64,000 bases of DNA from Ilumatobacteraceae bacterium (GTDB lineage: Bacteria; Actinomycetota; Acidimicrobiia; Acidimicrobiales; Ilumatobacteraceae): contig CAWKCN010000013.1 of assembly GCA_963848145.1 (NCBI GenBank), forward strand, positions 18,268 to 82,267, given 5' to 3'. Both the position numbers and the translations under genes were made by a program. The stretch's first letter is position 1. Every line of letters starts with the position of its first letter. Below, in pieces: positions 46,921 through 56,620 of this stretch. The notes beneath the pieces were generated by a model, which was given only the letters and a program-made list of their open reading frames with translations, made no database searches and was not told the DNA's origin.

Positions 46921-46952
46921 CGTTGCGATTGGTGTCAGACACCACTCGTAAC
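46921..46952. repeat. Family-1 palindrome copy 3: CGTTGCGATTGGTGTC-A-GACACCACTCGTAAC
   Basis: It starts on the base after the TGA at 46918-46920 and ends 21 nt before the rbfA ATG. The core TGGTGTCAGACACCA is perfect; the outer arms GTTGCGAT/CTCGTAAC pair partly. Confidence 0.8.
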
Positions 46953-46972
46953 ATCGATTCGAGGAGATCACG

Positions 46973-47410
46973 ATGGCAGGCAAGCGCAACAGCCGCAGCA
47001 ACACCCCCAAGTACTCGCGCAGCGCGCGGGTGAGCACCACGTTGCAGGAGATCATCGCCGAGGAACTGGTGCGCATCGACGACGAACGGCTCACGTTCGT
47101 GACCGTGACGGGCATCGACGTCGATCCGGAGCTCAACCGGGCGATCGTGTTCTTCGACTCGCTCGCTGACGAAGACGGCGACGAGGAGATCCTCGAGGCG
47201 TTCGCCGAGCACCGCATCCGGCTCCAGGGTTCGATCGCCAAGCAGATCCGTGCCAAGAAGACCCCGATCCTCGACTTCCGCCCGGACATGGTGATCCGGT
47301 CGGCCGCACGGATCGACGACATCTTGAAGTCCGATCAGGCGCGCCTCGAACGCGAGTCGTCGGGTACCTCGGCGGCGGTGAGCGACGACGCCGACGCCCC
47401 CGAGGGCTGA
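46973..47410 (+). CDS. rbfA: Ribosome-binding factor A
   Basis: The sequence ...RVSTTLQEIIAEELVRIDDERLTFVTVTGIDVDPELNRAIVFF... is the RbfA KH-like signature. 145 aa. Confidence 0.9.
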   Translation: MAGKRNSRSNTPKYSRSARVSTTLQEIIAEELVRIDDERLTFVTVTGIDVDPELNRAIVFFDSLADEDGDEEILEAFAEHRIRLQGSIAKQIRAKKTPILDFRPDMVIRSAARIDDILKSDQARLERESSGTSAAVSDDADAPEG

Positions 47411-48276
47411 TGGCACGTCGCAAGCCGGCGACCACACACGGGATCGCCGTCGTCGACAAACCGGCCGGGGTGACCAGCCACGACGTCGTCGGGATGCTTC
47501 GCCGCCGGTTCGGTGAGCGCCAGGTCGGCCACGCCGGCACGCTCGACCCCGACGCCACCGGCGTGTTGGTCGTCGCCGTCGGAAAGGCGACGCGTCTGCT
47601 GCGCTTCGTCGAGAAGACCCGCAAGGGCTACACCGGCGAGATCGTGCTGGGCACTGCGACGACCACACTCGACTCGTCGGGCGACGTGCTGACAACGCAC
47701 GACATGTCGACGGTGACGCTCGACGACGCGAAGCGCGTCGTGGCCGACCACCTCGTCGGCAGCATCGAACAGATCCCGCCGATGGTGTCGGCGATCCGGG
47801 TCGACGGCAAGCGGCTGCACGAACTGGCTCGCGAGGGCGTCGAGGTCGAGCGAGCGCCGAGGCCCGTGACGATCCACCGATTCGACATCGTCGGATGGGC
47901 TGAGCCCGGCGTGCTCGAGGTCGACGTCGAGTGTTCGGCCGGTACCTACATCCGAACCCTCGCCGACGATCTCGGGCGCCTGCTCGGTGGTGGCGCCCAC
48001 CTCCGCAATCTGCGACGGACCCACGTCGGTGCGTTCACCCTCGCCGAAGCTGGGCCGCCCGACGAGTGCGACCTGCTGCCCGTGGCGAGCGCGGTTCGTT
48101 CGCTGCCCGAGGTGACCGTGGACGACGACGTGGCGGCGCTGGTCGCCAACGGCCGGGTGCTCGATGCCTGGGATGGCGACGGACCGTGGGCGGTGTTCGA
48201 CACCGCCCGAACGCTGTTGGCGGTGTACGAGCCGTTCCGAGGGCAGGCCAAGCCCGCCGTCGTCCTGCCTCGGTGA
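47410..48276 (+). CDS. truB: tRNA pseudouridine(55) synthase TruB
   Basis: The ATG overlaps the rbfA TGA (TGATG). Contains the GIAVVDKPAGVTSHDVV and HAGTLDPDATGVL catalytic Asp motif. Confidence 0.9.
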   Translation: MARRKPATTHGIAVVDKPAGVTSHDVVGMLRRRFGERQVGHAGTLDPDATGVLVVAVGKATRLLRFVEKTRKGYTGEIVLGTATTTLDSSGDVLTTHDMSTVTLDDAKRVVADHLVGSIEQIPPMVSAIRVDGKRLHELAREGVEVERAPRPVTIHRFDIVGWAEPGVLEVDVECSAGTYIRTLADDLGRLLGGGAHLRNLRRTHVGAFTLAEAGPPDECDLLPVASAVRSLPEVTVDDDVAALVANGRVLDAWDGDGPWAVFDTARTLLAVYEPFRGQAKPAVVLPR

Positions 48277-48324
48277 CGATCGTCGAGCCGTTGTGCGGCC
48301 GGCGGTGACGATAGCGTTGCCGCC

Positions 48325-49266
48325 GTGCTCGTCGTCACCGACCTTCAGCAGTGCCCCTGGGACGGCGAGCGTGCGGTGATCACGATCGGCGCCTACGACG
48401 GTGTCCATCTCGGTCATCGCGCCGTGATCGATCAGGTGCGTCGCCGTGCCGACGACCTCGGTGCCAAGTCGGTGGTCGTCACGTTCGATCGGCATCCGGC
48501 AAGCGTCGTGCGTCCGGAGTCGGCACCGCGTCTGCTCACCGGTGCCGATCAGAAGATGGAGCTGCTCGCGGCGACGGGTGTGGACGCCGTCGTGATCGTC
48601 CCCTTCAACACCGACCAAGCTTCGGAGAGCCCCGAGTCGTTCGTCGATCGCGTGCTGGTGAGATGCCTCCGAACAGCGCTGATCGTCGTGGGCGAAGACT
48701 TCCACTTCGGTCGCCATCGCGACGGCAACGTCGATCTGCTCCGCAAGATCGGTGTCGACGAAGACTTCGATGTCGAGCCCGTCCAGCTCGTCCAGCGCCT
48801 CGACGGCATCGACGAACCCGTCAGCAGCACAGCGATCAGGCGAGCCCTCGCCGGCGGGGACATCAAGCGTGCGAACTCGATGCTCGGGCGGCCCTACGAG
48901 GTTCGTGGTGAGGTGTTCGCCGGTGATCAGCGTGGTCGACTGCTCGGATTTCCCACGGCGAACGTCGCTGTTCCAGCGGGGATGTGCCTGCCGGCCGACG
49001 GCGTGTACGCGGGCTTCTACGAACGCCCGAACGGCGACGAGTACCCTTGTGCGATCAACCTCGGGCGCCGTCCGACGTTCTACGAGCACGCCGACGCGTC
49101 ACTGTTGGAAGCACATCTGCTCGACGTCGACGTCGACCTCTACGGAGAAACCGCAGGTGTGCGCTTCGAGCACTTCCTGCGCAGCGAGCGCAAGTTCGAC
49201 GGCGTCGATGCGCTGATCGCACAACTCGGCCACGACGTCGCCAGCGCCCGCGACCTGCTGGCCTGA
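48325..49266 (+). CDS. ribF: Bifunctional riboflavin kinase / FAD synthetase
   Basis: GTG start. FMN adenylyltransferase motif (ITIGAYDGVHLGHRAVI) and C-terminal riboflavin kinase (GFPTANV...RPTF...EAHLLD). 313 aa. Confidence 0.9.
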   Translation: MLVVTDLQQCPWDGERAVITIGAYDGVHLGHRAVIDQVRRRADDLGAKSVVVTFDRHPASVVRPESAPRLLTGADQKMELLAATGVDAVVIVPFNTDQASESPESFVDRVLVRCLRTALIVVGEDFHFGRHRDGNVDLLRKIGVDEDFDVEPVQLVQRLDGIDEPVSSTAIRRALAGGDIKRANSMLGRPYEVRGEVFAGDQRGRLLGFPTANVAVPAGMCLPADGVYAGFYERPNGDEYPCAINLGRRPTFYEHADASLLEAHLLDVDVDLYGETAGVRFEHFLRSERKFDGVDALIAQLGHDVASARDLLA

Positions 49267-49279
49267 CGCCGCCGTCTGC

Positions 49280-50404
49280 TCAGCTGGCCGGCCAGATCAC
49301 GACCGAGCCGTCGTGGATCCGCTCCATCAGGTCGATCCCGACGACATCGGCAGCGCTGGGGGTGTCGTCATCTCCGAACAACCCGGTTTCGGCGTAGGTG
49401 TCGAGTTCGTTCTGGAGCGACTCGATGTCGGGCATCCCGAACGGCGTGCCCTGCGGAGTGAGTGCGGTGATCGTGGCAGCGTCGGTCGTCCAGCGGAACA
49501 CCTCTCCCTCCGGTGACAGGAAGTTCGGGTTGCCGCCCGCATTGATCAACTCGACGGCAGTGTTCGCCGCTGCTTCGGGGTCGGCAATCGCAGTGTCGAG
49601 ACCCCGCATGGCCGCGCGCATGAAGTCCTCGGCGGCGGTGGGGTGCTCGTCGACGAACTGCTGGTTGGTGTAGATGATCCCGAACGACCCGGGGATCTCG
49701 AATTCGACGGTGTCGTACTGGTCGAATGCGACGCCGGCACGCTCGAGTGCGCCCGGCTCGTTGCTGCGCCATCCCGGAACACCGACGATCGCCTCGATGG
49801 CCATGTGGGCGACCGGGTCGAACCCCTCGACGGCGACGGTGTCGAAGTCGGCTCCTTCGACCAACCCCTCCTGGGCGAGCATCACCTGCACGCTGGTCGG
49901 AAGCTTGCCCTTGACACCGATCGTGGTGCCCGCGAGGTCCGCCAGCGAGGAGGTCTCGCCCTCCTTGATCATGAGCACGTCGATCGGCGCACGACCATCG
50001 ACGGCCATCACGACGAAGTCGGCGTCGTTGGCGTTTGCGAACTCGACGACTTCGCTGAACGAGCCGCCCGAGGAGAACTGGGCGTCGTTCTCGGCGATCA
50101 GGGCATAGTTGGCCGTGGAGAAGCTCGGCTGGATCACGACGTCGAGGCACATCTCCTCGAAGTACCCGGCATCCTCCGCGACGATCACTTCGACGATCGA
50201 CGCCGCTGCTGCGAAGTCGAATCCGGTGAGGTAGGTGATCGTGCCGGCGGCCTCGTTGGCCTCGCAGCGCTCCGCTGGAAACGCTTCCCCGGCGACCACC
50301 TCCGGGGCGTCGGACGACGACGAGGTGTCGTCATCGTCCGAGCCGCACGCGGCAACGACGAGCCCGGCAGCAGCAACGAGTGCGAGGGTGTGACGAATGC
50401 GCAT
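49280..50404 (-). CDS. ABC transporter substrate-binding lipoprotein, NMT1/THI5-like (NitT/TauT family)
   Basis: The ATG (cat 50402-50404) gives MRIRHTLALVAAAGLVVAACGS (lipobox). The mature part resembles NMT1/SsuA-type binding proteins. It is the third gene of an ATPase-permease-SBP operon. Confidence 0.8.
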   Translation of the reverse strand: MRIRHTLALVAAAGLVVAACGSDDDDTSSSSDAPEVVAGEAFPAERCEANEAAGTITYLTGFDFAAAASIVEVIVAEDAGYFEEMCLDVVIQPSFSTANYALIAENDAQFSSGGSFSEVVEFANANDADFVVMAVDGRAPIDVLMIKEGETSSLADLAGTTIGVKGKLPTSVQVMLAQEGLVEGADFDTVAVEGFDPVAHMAIEAIVGVPGWRSNEPGALERAGVAFDQYDTVEFEIPGSFGIIYTNQQFVDEHPTAAEDFMRAAMRGLDTAIADPEAAANTAVELINAGGNPNFLSPEGEVFRWTTDAATITALTPQGTPFGMPDIESLQNELDTYAETGLFGDDDTPSAADVVGIDLMERIHDGSVVIWPAS

Positions 50405-50505
50405 GGATGTCCGATTCTGTCTGGCCGCTCGGGCGGCTTCGTGGGGAGTCTCCGGGGCGTCCGGGAATCGTTCGAGCATGCCACGGGCAGTGCCGGTGCG
50501 CACAG

Positions 50506-51270
50506 TCAGCTGCGCTGTGACGAGTGCCAGCGCAGCAGGAGTCGCTCGAGCACGGTGATCACCACGAGCCCGGCGATGCCCAGCAACGCCGCCGACACGA
50601 TGGTTGCCCACAGCGCCTCGGCGTTGTTGAAAGCTGCCGCACGCTGTCCGATGTAGCCGAGTCCTTCGGTGACGAACGCCGACCCCTCGCTGAAGTACGC
50701 AGCAGCGAGGCCGAGGCCCATGGCGAAGCGAGCCGTGGTGAAGATCGATGGCAGCGCTGCCGGCAACCGGAGCCTCCAGAACACCTCCCACGGGCGCGCG
50801 TCCACGCTGGCGAGCAGCTCGCGGGCGGCTGGGTCGGCCGACTTCATGCCGCCGACCACACCGAACGTGAACACCGGGAAGGAGGTGAACGCCACCATGA
50901 ACAGCACGGTCTGCTCGCCACCGCCCAACCAGAGCACCACCGAGGTGATGTAGGCGACCCAGGGTGTCACGAGAACCAGCACCAGGATGGGTTGTGTCGC
51001 CTCCTCGATGAAGCGGGACGAGGCCATCAGCGAGCCGACACCCACCGCAAGGATCAACGAGATCGACAGCCCGACCACCATGTGCCAACCGGTGACGACG
51101 GCATTGCTCCAGTAGTAGCCGGGGGCATCGGCCAGTTCGGAGAGGATTGCCGATGGCGCGAGGAGCACGAAGCGCCGGATGTCGAAGATGCGAACGGCGA
51201 GCTCCCACACCAACCCGAAGGTGATGATGCCGACGATCGGGGCGACGATGCGCTGCGTGCCGGGGCTCAC
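50506..51270 (-). CDS. ABC transporter permease (NitT/TauT family)
   Basis: 254 aa, about 6 TM helices, with a BPD-transporter EAA-like loop (…ARELLASVDARPWEVFWRLRLPAALP…). Its start overlaps the ATPase stop by 4 nt. Confidence 0.85.
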   Translation of the reverse strand: MSPGTQRIVAPIVGIITFGLVWELAVRIFDIRRFVLLAPSAILSELADAPGYYWSNAVVTGWHMVVGLSISLILAVGVGSLMASSRFIEEATQPILVLVLVTPWVAYITSVVLWLGGGEQTVLFMVAFTSFPVFTFGVVGGMKSADPAARELLASVDARPWEVFWRLRLPAALPSIFTTARFAMGLGLAAAYFSEGSAFVTEGLGYIGQRAAAFNNAEALWATIVSAALLGIAGLVVITVLERLLLRWHSSQRS

Positions 51271-52031
51271 CGCTGCATCCCCGCGGCCAACGACCTGCGA
51301 AGCGCGGTGGTGACGTGGAAGAAGCCGTCGGTGTCCTCGAGTTCGGGGGTCCGAGGGTGGGGGAGGTCGATGGTCGCGACCTCGGTGACTCGGCCGGGCC
51401 GCGGTGACATCACGGCGATGCGGTCGGAGAGGAATGTCGCTTCGGGAATCGAGTGCGTGACGAACAGCACGGTCGTGCCCAGCGGCTCACACAGCCGACC
51501 GAGCAGGTGGCGCATGTCGGTGCGGGTCATCTCGTCGAGCGCCGCGAACGGCTCGTCCATCAACAGGATCGGGGCGTCGATCGCAAACGCCCGGACCAGA
51601 CCGACACGCTGCTGCATCCCTCCGGACAGTTCGTGCGGATACGCCTCGCGGAAGTCGCCGAGTCCGACCTCGTCGAGCAGGTCGTCGACCGCGACACTCG
51701 GAGTGACCGGTGAGGCCGACCGATTGATGTCGAGCAGCAACCGGGCGTTCGCCTCGACGGTCCGCCACGGCAGCAGCGCCGGTGACTGTGGCACGAACCC
51801 GATCTGCTTGTGACGCCGCGCCGCTGTCGGTGTCATTCCGTTGACGACGATCTCGCCCGACGACGGCTCCTCGAGTCCGGCGATCATGCGCAACAGTGTC
51901 GTCTTGCCGCAACCCGAGGGGCCGAGCAGGGTGACGGTCTCTCCCTCGTCGACCGAGAGATCGACTGGAGCGAGCGCATCCAGTGTCCCGAACGCCTTGG
52001 AGACGTTGCGGACGTCGATTCGGGCAGACAC
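51267..52031 (-). CDS. ABC transporter ATP-binding protein (NitT/TauT family)
   Basis: The in-frame GTG (cac 52029-52031) gives VSARIDVRNVSKAF... Walker A GPSGCGKTT, signature LSGGMQQR, and Walker B LLMDEPF. Confidence 0.85.
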   Translation of the reverse strand: MSARIDVRNVSKAFGTLDALAPVDLSVDEGETVTLLGPSGCGKTTLLRMIAGLEEPSSGEIVVNGMTPTAARRHKQIGFVPQSPALLPWRTVEANARLLLDINRSASPVTPSVAVDDLLDEVGLGDFREAYPHELSGGMQQRVGLVRAFAIDAPILLMDEPFAALDEMTRTDMRHLLGRLCEPLGTTVLFVTHSIPEATFLSDRIAVMSPRPGRVTEVATIDLPHPRTPELEDTDGFFHVTTALRRSLAAGMQR

Positions 52032-52232
52032 GACCAGCGAGCGTACTTGCGGTGATCCGATCCGCCCCTGCCGCTGACCGTGGGGCGTCACGAGTCGGGC
52101 CGCCGTTGCGGAGTGCCCGATGCAGCCGTAGCATTGCAGGGTCCGTTCGGGCTGGAATTTCCGGCGCGGTCGAGATGCACACGAGCGCCGACCGGCACTC
52201 GATGCGACCTCCAATCAGAAGGCGACACACCC

Positions 52233-52511
52233 ATGGCTGACATTGCCGACACCACGCCGAACACCACGGCGACGATCGAGAAGTACCGCACCCACGAGAC
52301 CGACACCGGCTCGCCCGAGGTGCAGATCGCACTGCTCACCGAGCGCATCGTGCACCTCACCGAGCACCTCAAGGTCCACAAGAAGGACCACCACAGCCGC
52401 CGTGGCCTGCTGATGCTCGTCGGCCGCCGTCGCCGCATGCTCGACTACGTCAAGAAGATCGACGTCGAGCGCTACCGCGCCATCATCGCCGCTCAGGGCC
52501 TCCGCCGCTGA
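52233..52511 (+). CDS. rpsO: 30S ribosomal protein S15
   Basis: 92 aa. The sequence ...[48 protein letters not shown] is the canonical S15. Confidence 0.95.
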   Translation: MADIADTTPNTTATIEKYRTHETDTGSPEVQIALLTERIVHLTEHLKVHKKDHHSRRGLLMLVGRRRRMLDYVKKIDVERYRAIIAAQGLRR

Positions 52512-52519
52512 GCCGGCCC

Positions 52520-52548
52520 GGTTCCCCGTGCCCTGGGCACCGGGAACC
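52520..52548. repeat. Family-2 palindrome copy 3: GGTTCCCCGTGCCC-T-GGGCACCGGGAACC
   Basis: 14-bp arms with one mismatch, starting 8 nt after the rpsO TGA. This is the position of the rpsO terminator in the rpsO-pnp arrangement known from other bacteria. Confidence 0.85.
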
Positions 52549-52768
52549 AGGTGACCGCGGATCGGGGCGGTGTTCAGGTAGGATGCCGTCTCGGAGTCGG
52601 AACGTCCGACTTCGCAACATGAGCGAACCGAGTTCGGTTGCCGGTTGCTGAATCCGAACCCACTCATCGCTTGATGTCGGTGGCCGTGTCGGGTTGACCA
52701 ACTGGGAACCGGCCTGTCGCTCCAAGAGGCGCACTCCCGAGGGGGAGTGCACACGAAAGGAGCCCTCA
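52549..52768 (+). promoter_or_regulatory. Structured pnp 5' leader
   Basis: The 220-nt gap contains several local hairpins. One is AACCGA-GT-TCGGTT near 52626-52639. Another is GCACTCCC-GAGG-GGGAGTGC at 52731-52750, immediately before the SD GAAAGGAG (52755-52762) and GTG 52769. Function is inferred from the known autoregulated pnp leader of E. coli. Confidence 0.35.
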
Positions 52769-55223
52769 GTGGCTGACCCCATCACCGTGTCCGGACCCGT
52801 ATCTGGGACCGACAAGACACTCACCTTCGAAACGGGCAAGTTTGCCCCCCAGTCGATGGGTGCCGTCGTGGCATCGATCGCCGGAACGAAGGTCTTGACC
52901 ACCGCCAACGCTGCGAAGAACGTGCGCGAAGGCATGGACTTCTTCCCCCTGACGGTGGACGTCGAGGAGCGGGCCTACGCGGCCGGCAAGATCCCCGGTT
53001 CGTTCTTCCGTCGTGAAGGCCGTCCGACCGAGGACGCGATCCTCACCTGTCGTCTGACCGACCGGCCGCTGCGCCCGTCGTTCCCCGACGGCTTCCGCAA
53101 CGAGACCCAGATCGTCACCACCGTGCTGGGCGCTGACCAGGAGAACCCGCACGACGTGCTCTCGATCAACGCCGCCTCGGCTGCGCTGATGATCTCGGGC
53201 ATCCCGTTCGACGGCCCGATCGGCGCGATCCGCATGGCGTACAGCCAGAGCGGCGAGTGGATTCCGCACCCGACCTACGAAGAGGCCGAAAGCGGCACCT
53301 TCGAGCTCGTCGTCGCCGGTCGTGAACTCGACAGCGGCGACGTCGCTGTGATGATGGTCGAGGCCGGCGGTTCCGAGAACGCGTTCTACTACTACGACGA
53401 CGGTGCCAAGAAGGTCACCGAGGAAGTCCTCGCCGACGGCCTCGAGGCCTGCAAGGTGTGGATCAAGGAGTCGATCTCGCTGCAGCGTCAGCTCGTCGCC
53501 TCGGTGATCGCCACCAACGGTGCAATCGAGCAGATGAAGTGGACCCCGGTCCTCGACTACACCCCGGAGATCTTCGCGGCCGTCGAGAAGGCCGGCAGCG
53601 ACAAGCTCGCGCCGGTCATCACGATCGCCAACAAGGCCGAGCGCAACGAAGCGACCGACGCCGTCACCTCCGAGATCATCGCCGAGCTGTGCGGCTCGAA
53701 GGATGCGCCGGGCGAGTTCGCCGGCAGCGAGAAGATGGTCAAGGAAGCCGTCCGCTCGCTCAACAAGAAGCTGATGCGTGCCCGCGTCGTCACCGAGGGC
53801 GTCCGCATGGACGGCCGCGGCACGGCCGACCTGCGTGCGATCTCCGCCGAAATCGGTGCACTCCCGACCGCGCACGGTTCGGGTCTGTTCCAGCGTGGCG
53901 AGACCCAGGTCATGACCGTCCTCACGATGGCCATGCCGCGCATGAACCAGATGATCGACTCGCTGTCGCCCAACGACACCAAGCGGTACCTGCACCACTA
54001 CAACATGCCGCCGTGGGCCAACGGCGAGACCGGTCGCGTGGGTTCGCCCAAGCGTCGCGAGATCGGCCACGGTGCGCTCGCCGCCCGTGCAGTCCTGCCC
54101 GTCATCCCGAACCAGGAAGACTTCGCGTACACCCTGCGCCTCGTCTCCGAGGTCATGTCGTCGAACGGCTCGACCTCGATGGGTTCGGTGTGCGCCTCCA
54201 GCCTCGCGCTCGATGGACGCCGGTGTGCCCACCAAGGGCCACGTGTCCGGCATCGCCATGGGCCTCATCTACGAAGACGGCAAGTACACCACGCTGACCG
54301 ACATCCTCGGTTCCGAGGATGCCTTCGGCGACATGGACTTCAAGGTCGCCGGCACCGAAGACGCCATCACGGCGTTGCAGCTCGACACCAAGATCGACGG
54401 CATCCCCGCCGATGTGTTGACCGCCGCACTTGCCCAGGCCCGTGTTGCTCGTCTCGAGATCCTCGAGGTCATGAACGCCTGCATCCCGCAGTCGCGCGAC
54501 GAGGTGGCCGAGACCGCACCGAAGATCTCGACGATCTACATCCCGCTCGACAAGGTCGGCGAAGTGATCGGCCCGAAGGGCAAGGTCATCAACACGATCC
54601 AGCAGGAGACCGGAGCCGACATCGGCGTCGACGACGACGGTGCCCGCGGCATCGTCACCATCGGTGCTGTCGAGGCATGGCGCATGGAAGAGGCCAAGGC
54701 TGCGATCCTCGCGATCGTCGACCCGCCGAAGGCCGAGCTCGACGCCGTCTACATGGGCCGGGTCGTCAACATCACCAAGTTCGGTGCGTTCGTCAACATC
54801 CTGCCTGGCCGCGACGGCCTGGTGCACATCTCCAAGCTCGGCGGCGGCAAGCGCATCAACGCCGTCGAGGACGTGCTCGAACTCGGTCAGGAGATCGAGG
54901 TCCGCGTCGAGGAGATCGACGACAAGGGCAAGGTCAGCCTGACGCCGGCCGGCGATCCGCCGCCCGCCAAGGAAGGTGCATCGTCGGGTGGTTCCTCCAA
55001 CGGTGGCGGCGAGCGCCGCGAGCGCTCGCCACGACGTGAGCGTTCCGACAGCGGCTCGAAGTCCGATTCGGGCTCGAGCGGCGGCACCGACGTCGTCGAG
55101 GTCAGCTTCGAGGACAGCTTCGACGCAGAGCTCGCCGACGAACTCGGCGATCTCGGCCCGAAGTCGGACCGTCCGTCGAGCGACGATGGCGGCCGCCGCG
55201 GTGGCCGTCGCCGCCACCGCTGA
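52769..55223 (+). CDS. pnp: Polyribonucleotide nucleotidyltransferase (PNPase); reading frame interrupted by an apparent 1-nt insertion near 54212
   Basis: Frame 1 (GTG 52769 to about 54211) encodes both RNase PH domains up to ...NGSTSMGSVCASSLAL. Frame 2, from ATG 54213, continues exactly with MDAGVPTKGHVSGIAMGL..., then the KH and S1 domains and a ~90-aa Ser/Gly/Arg/Asp tail. The DNA reads gcg ctc G atg gac. Confidence 0.9.
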
Positions 55224-55289
55224 TCACAGGCGGAGCCGGACCCGCGATGCAATCGCGGTGGACGGTGCTGCATCAGCCAGACTGAGCAC

Positions 55290-56057
55290 ATGAGAATTGG
55301 GGTCAGCGGCGCTGCCGGACGAATGGGTCGAACCGTTTGTGCGGCGGTGGTCGCTGACCCCGATCTCGTTTTCGCTGCCGCCGTCGACCCATTCGGTGCC
55401 GGCGAGACCGTCGAGGGTGTGGAGGTGAGCGGCACGCTCGATGCGTTCTCCGACGCGTCGTGCGACGTCGTCGTCGACTTCACGGTGGCGGACGCGTCAC
55501 GCGCGGTGTTGCCGTGGCTTGCGGACAGCGGCATTCACGCCGTGGTCGGCACCACCGGGTTCGCATCGTCCGACTTCGAGGCGTTCGAAGCCGCATTTGG
55601 TGGCGCCGACCGTCCCAACTGTGTCATCGCCCCGAACTTCGCGATCTCGGCGGTGCTGATGATGCGCTTCGCCGAGATGGCGGCACCGTGGTTCGACACC
55701 GCTGAGATCATCGAATTGCACCACGACCGCAAGGTCGACGCACCGTCCGGCACGGCGGTGAAGACCGCCGAACGAATGGCCGAAGCTCGCGACAACGACT
55801 TCGCCGACGACCCGACCACCGACGAGGTCTACGTCGGCGCTCGCGGGGGAGTGGGCCCGGCGGGCATCAAGGTGCACTCGGTACGCATGCGTGGGATGGT
55901 GGCCCACCAGGAGGTGATCCTCGGAGCGCAGGGACAGACGCTGACGATCCGTCAGGACAGCTACGACCGCGACAGCTTCATGCCCGGCGTGGTGCTTGCC
56001 TGCAAGAAGATTGCGAGTGTGCCGGGCCTGTCTCGATCGCTCGACCCGTTCCTGTAG
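55290..56057 (+). CDS. dapB: 4-hydroxy-tetrahydrodipicolinate reductase
   Basis: MRIGVSGAAGRMGR (NAD(P)-binding), ...APNFAISAVLMM..., and ELHHDRKVDAPSGTA (the E-x-HH-x-K-D-APSGTA signature). Confidence 0.9.
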   Translation: MRIGVSGAAGRMGRTVCAAVVADPDLVFAAAVDPFGAGETVEGVEVSGTLDAFSDASCDVVVDFTVADASRAVLPWLADSGIHAVVGTTGFASSDFEAFEAAFGGADRPNCVIAPNFAISAVLMMRFAEMAAPWFDTAEIIELHHDRKVDAPSGTAVKTAERMAEARDNDFADDPTTDEVYVGARGGVGPAGIKVHSVRMRGMVAHQEVILGAQGQTLTIRQDSYDRDSFMPGVVLACKKIASVPGLSRSLDPFL

Positions 56058-56087
56058 CGAAACGGCACGGGCACGACCCGAGTTGCG

Positions 56088-56582
56088 TTACAGCGCGGCG
56101 AGGGCGGCGTCGTAGTTCGGCTCCTGCGCGATCTCGCCGACGAGTTCGGTGTGCTTCACCGTGCCGTCGGGGCCGATCACGACGACGGCGCGAGCGAGCA
56201 CGCCGGCAAGCGCACCATCGGTGAGCGTGACGCCGTACGTCGAGCCGAAATCCGATCGGAAGGTCGAGCCGACCTTCACGTTCTCGATGCCCTCGGCGCC
56301 GCAGAACCGGCCCATTGCGAACGGCAGGTCGGCCGACACGCACAGCACCACGGTCTCGTCCATTCCCGCGGCCCGCTCGTTGAACTGGCGAACGCTGGTG
56401 GCGCACGTCGGTGTGTCGATGCTCGGGAAGATGTTCAAGATGACGTTCTTGCCGGCGAACTCCGACGCGTCGTACTCGCCCAGGTCGGCGCCGACCAGCG
56501 AGTAGGCGGGCGCAGCAGCGCCAACAGCGGGGAGATCTCCGGACGTGTGGACGGGGTTGCCGCCGAGGGTGATTTCAGCCAT
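56088..56582 (-). CDS. tpx: Thiol peroxidase (atypical 2-Cys peroxiredoxin Tpx)
   Basis: The ATG (cat 56580-56582) gives MAEITLGGNPVHTSGDLPAVG... The peroxidatic Cys context is FPSIDTPTCATS and the resolving Cys lies in VLCVSADLPFA. 164 aa. Confidence 0.9.
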   Translation of the reverse strand: MAEITLGGNPVHTSGDLPAVGAAAPAYSLVGADLGEYDASEFAGKNVILNIFPSIDTPTCATSVRQFNERAAGMDETVVLCVSADLPFAMGRFCGAEGIENVKVGSTFRSDFGSTYGVTLTDGALAGVLARAVVVIGPDGTVKHTELVGEIAQEPNYDAALAAL

Positions 56583-56620
56583 GTGTTCGTTGTAGCAGCA
56601 ACGAACCGCGAATGCCCGGA

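Noticed and set aside
50405-50505. 100-nt gap between the permease and SBP genes of the NitT/TauT operon as a possible regulatory RNA
   Set aside because: I could see no conserved motif, strong hairpin or repeat. It is probably just an intra-operon spacer.
52032-52232. Possible TPP riboswitch upstream of the NMT1/THI5-like ABC operon, or an S15 autoregulatory leader upstream of rpsO
   Set aside because: I found no CUGAGA or ACCUGAUCUGG-type TPP core on the minus strand. I also cannot recognise a defined S15-binding leader by eye. A covariance-model scan (Rfam/Infernal) would be needed, and absence of a hit would confirm the rejection.
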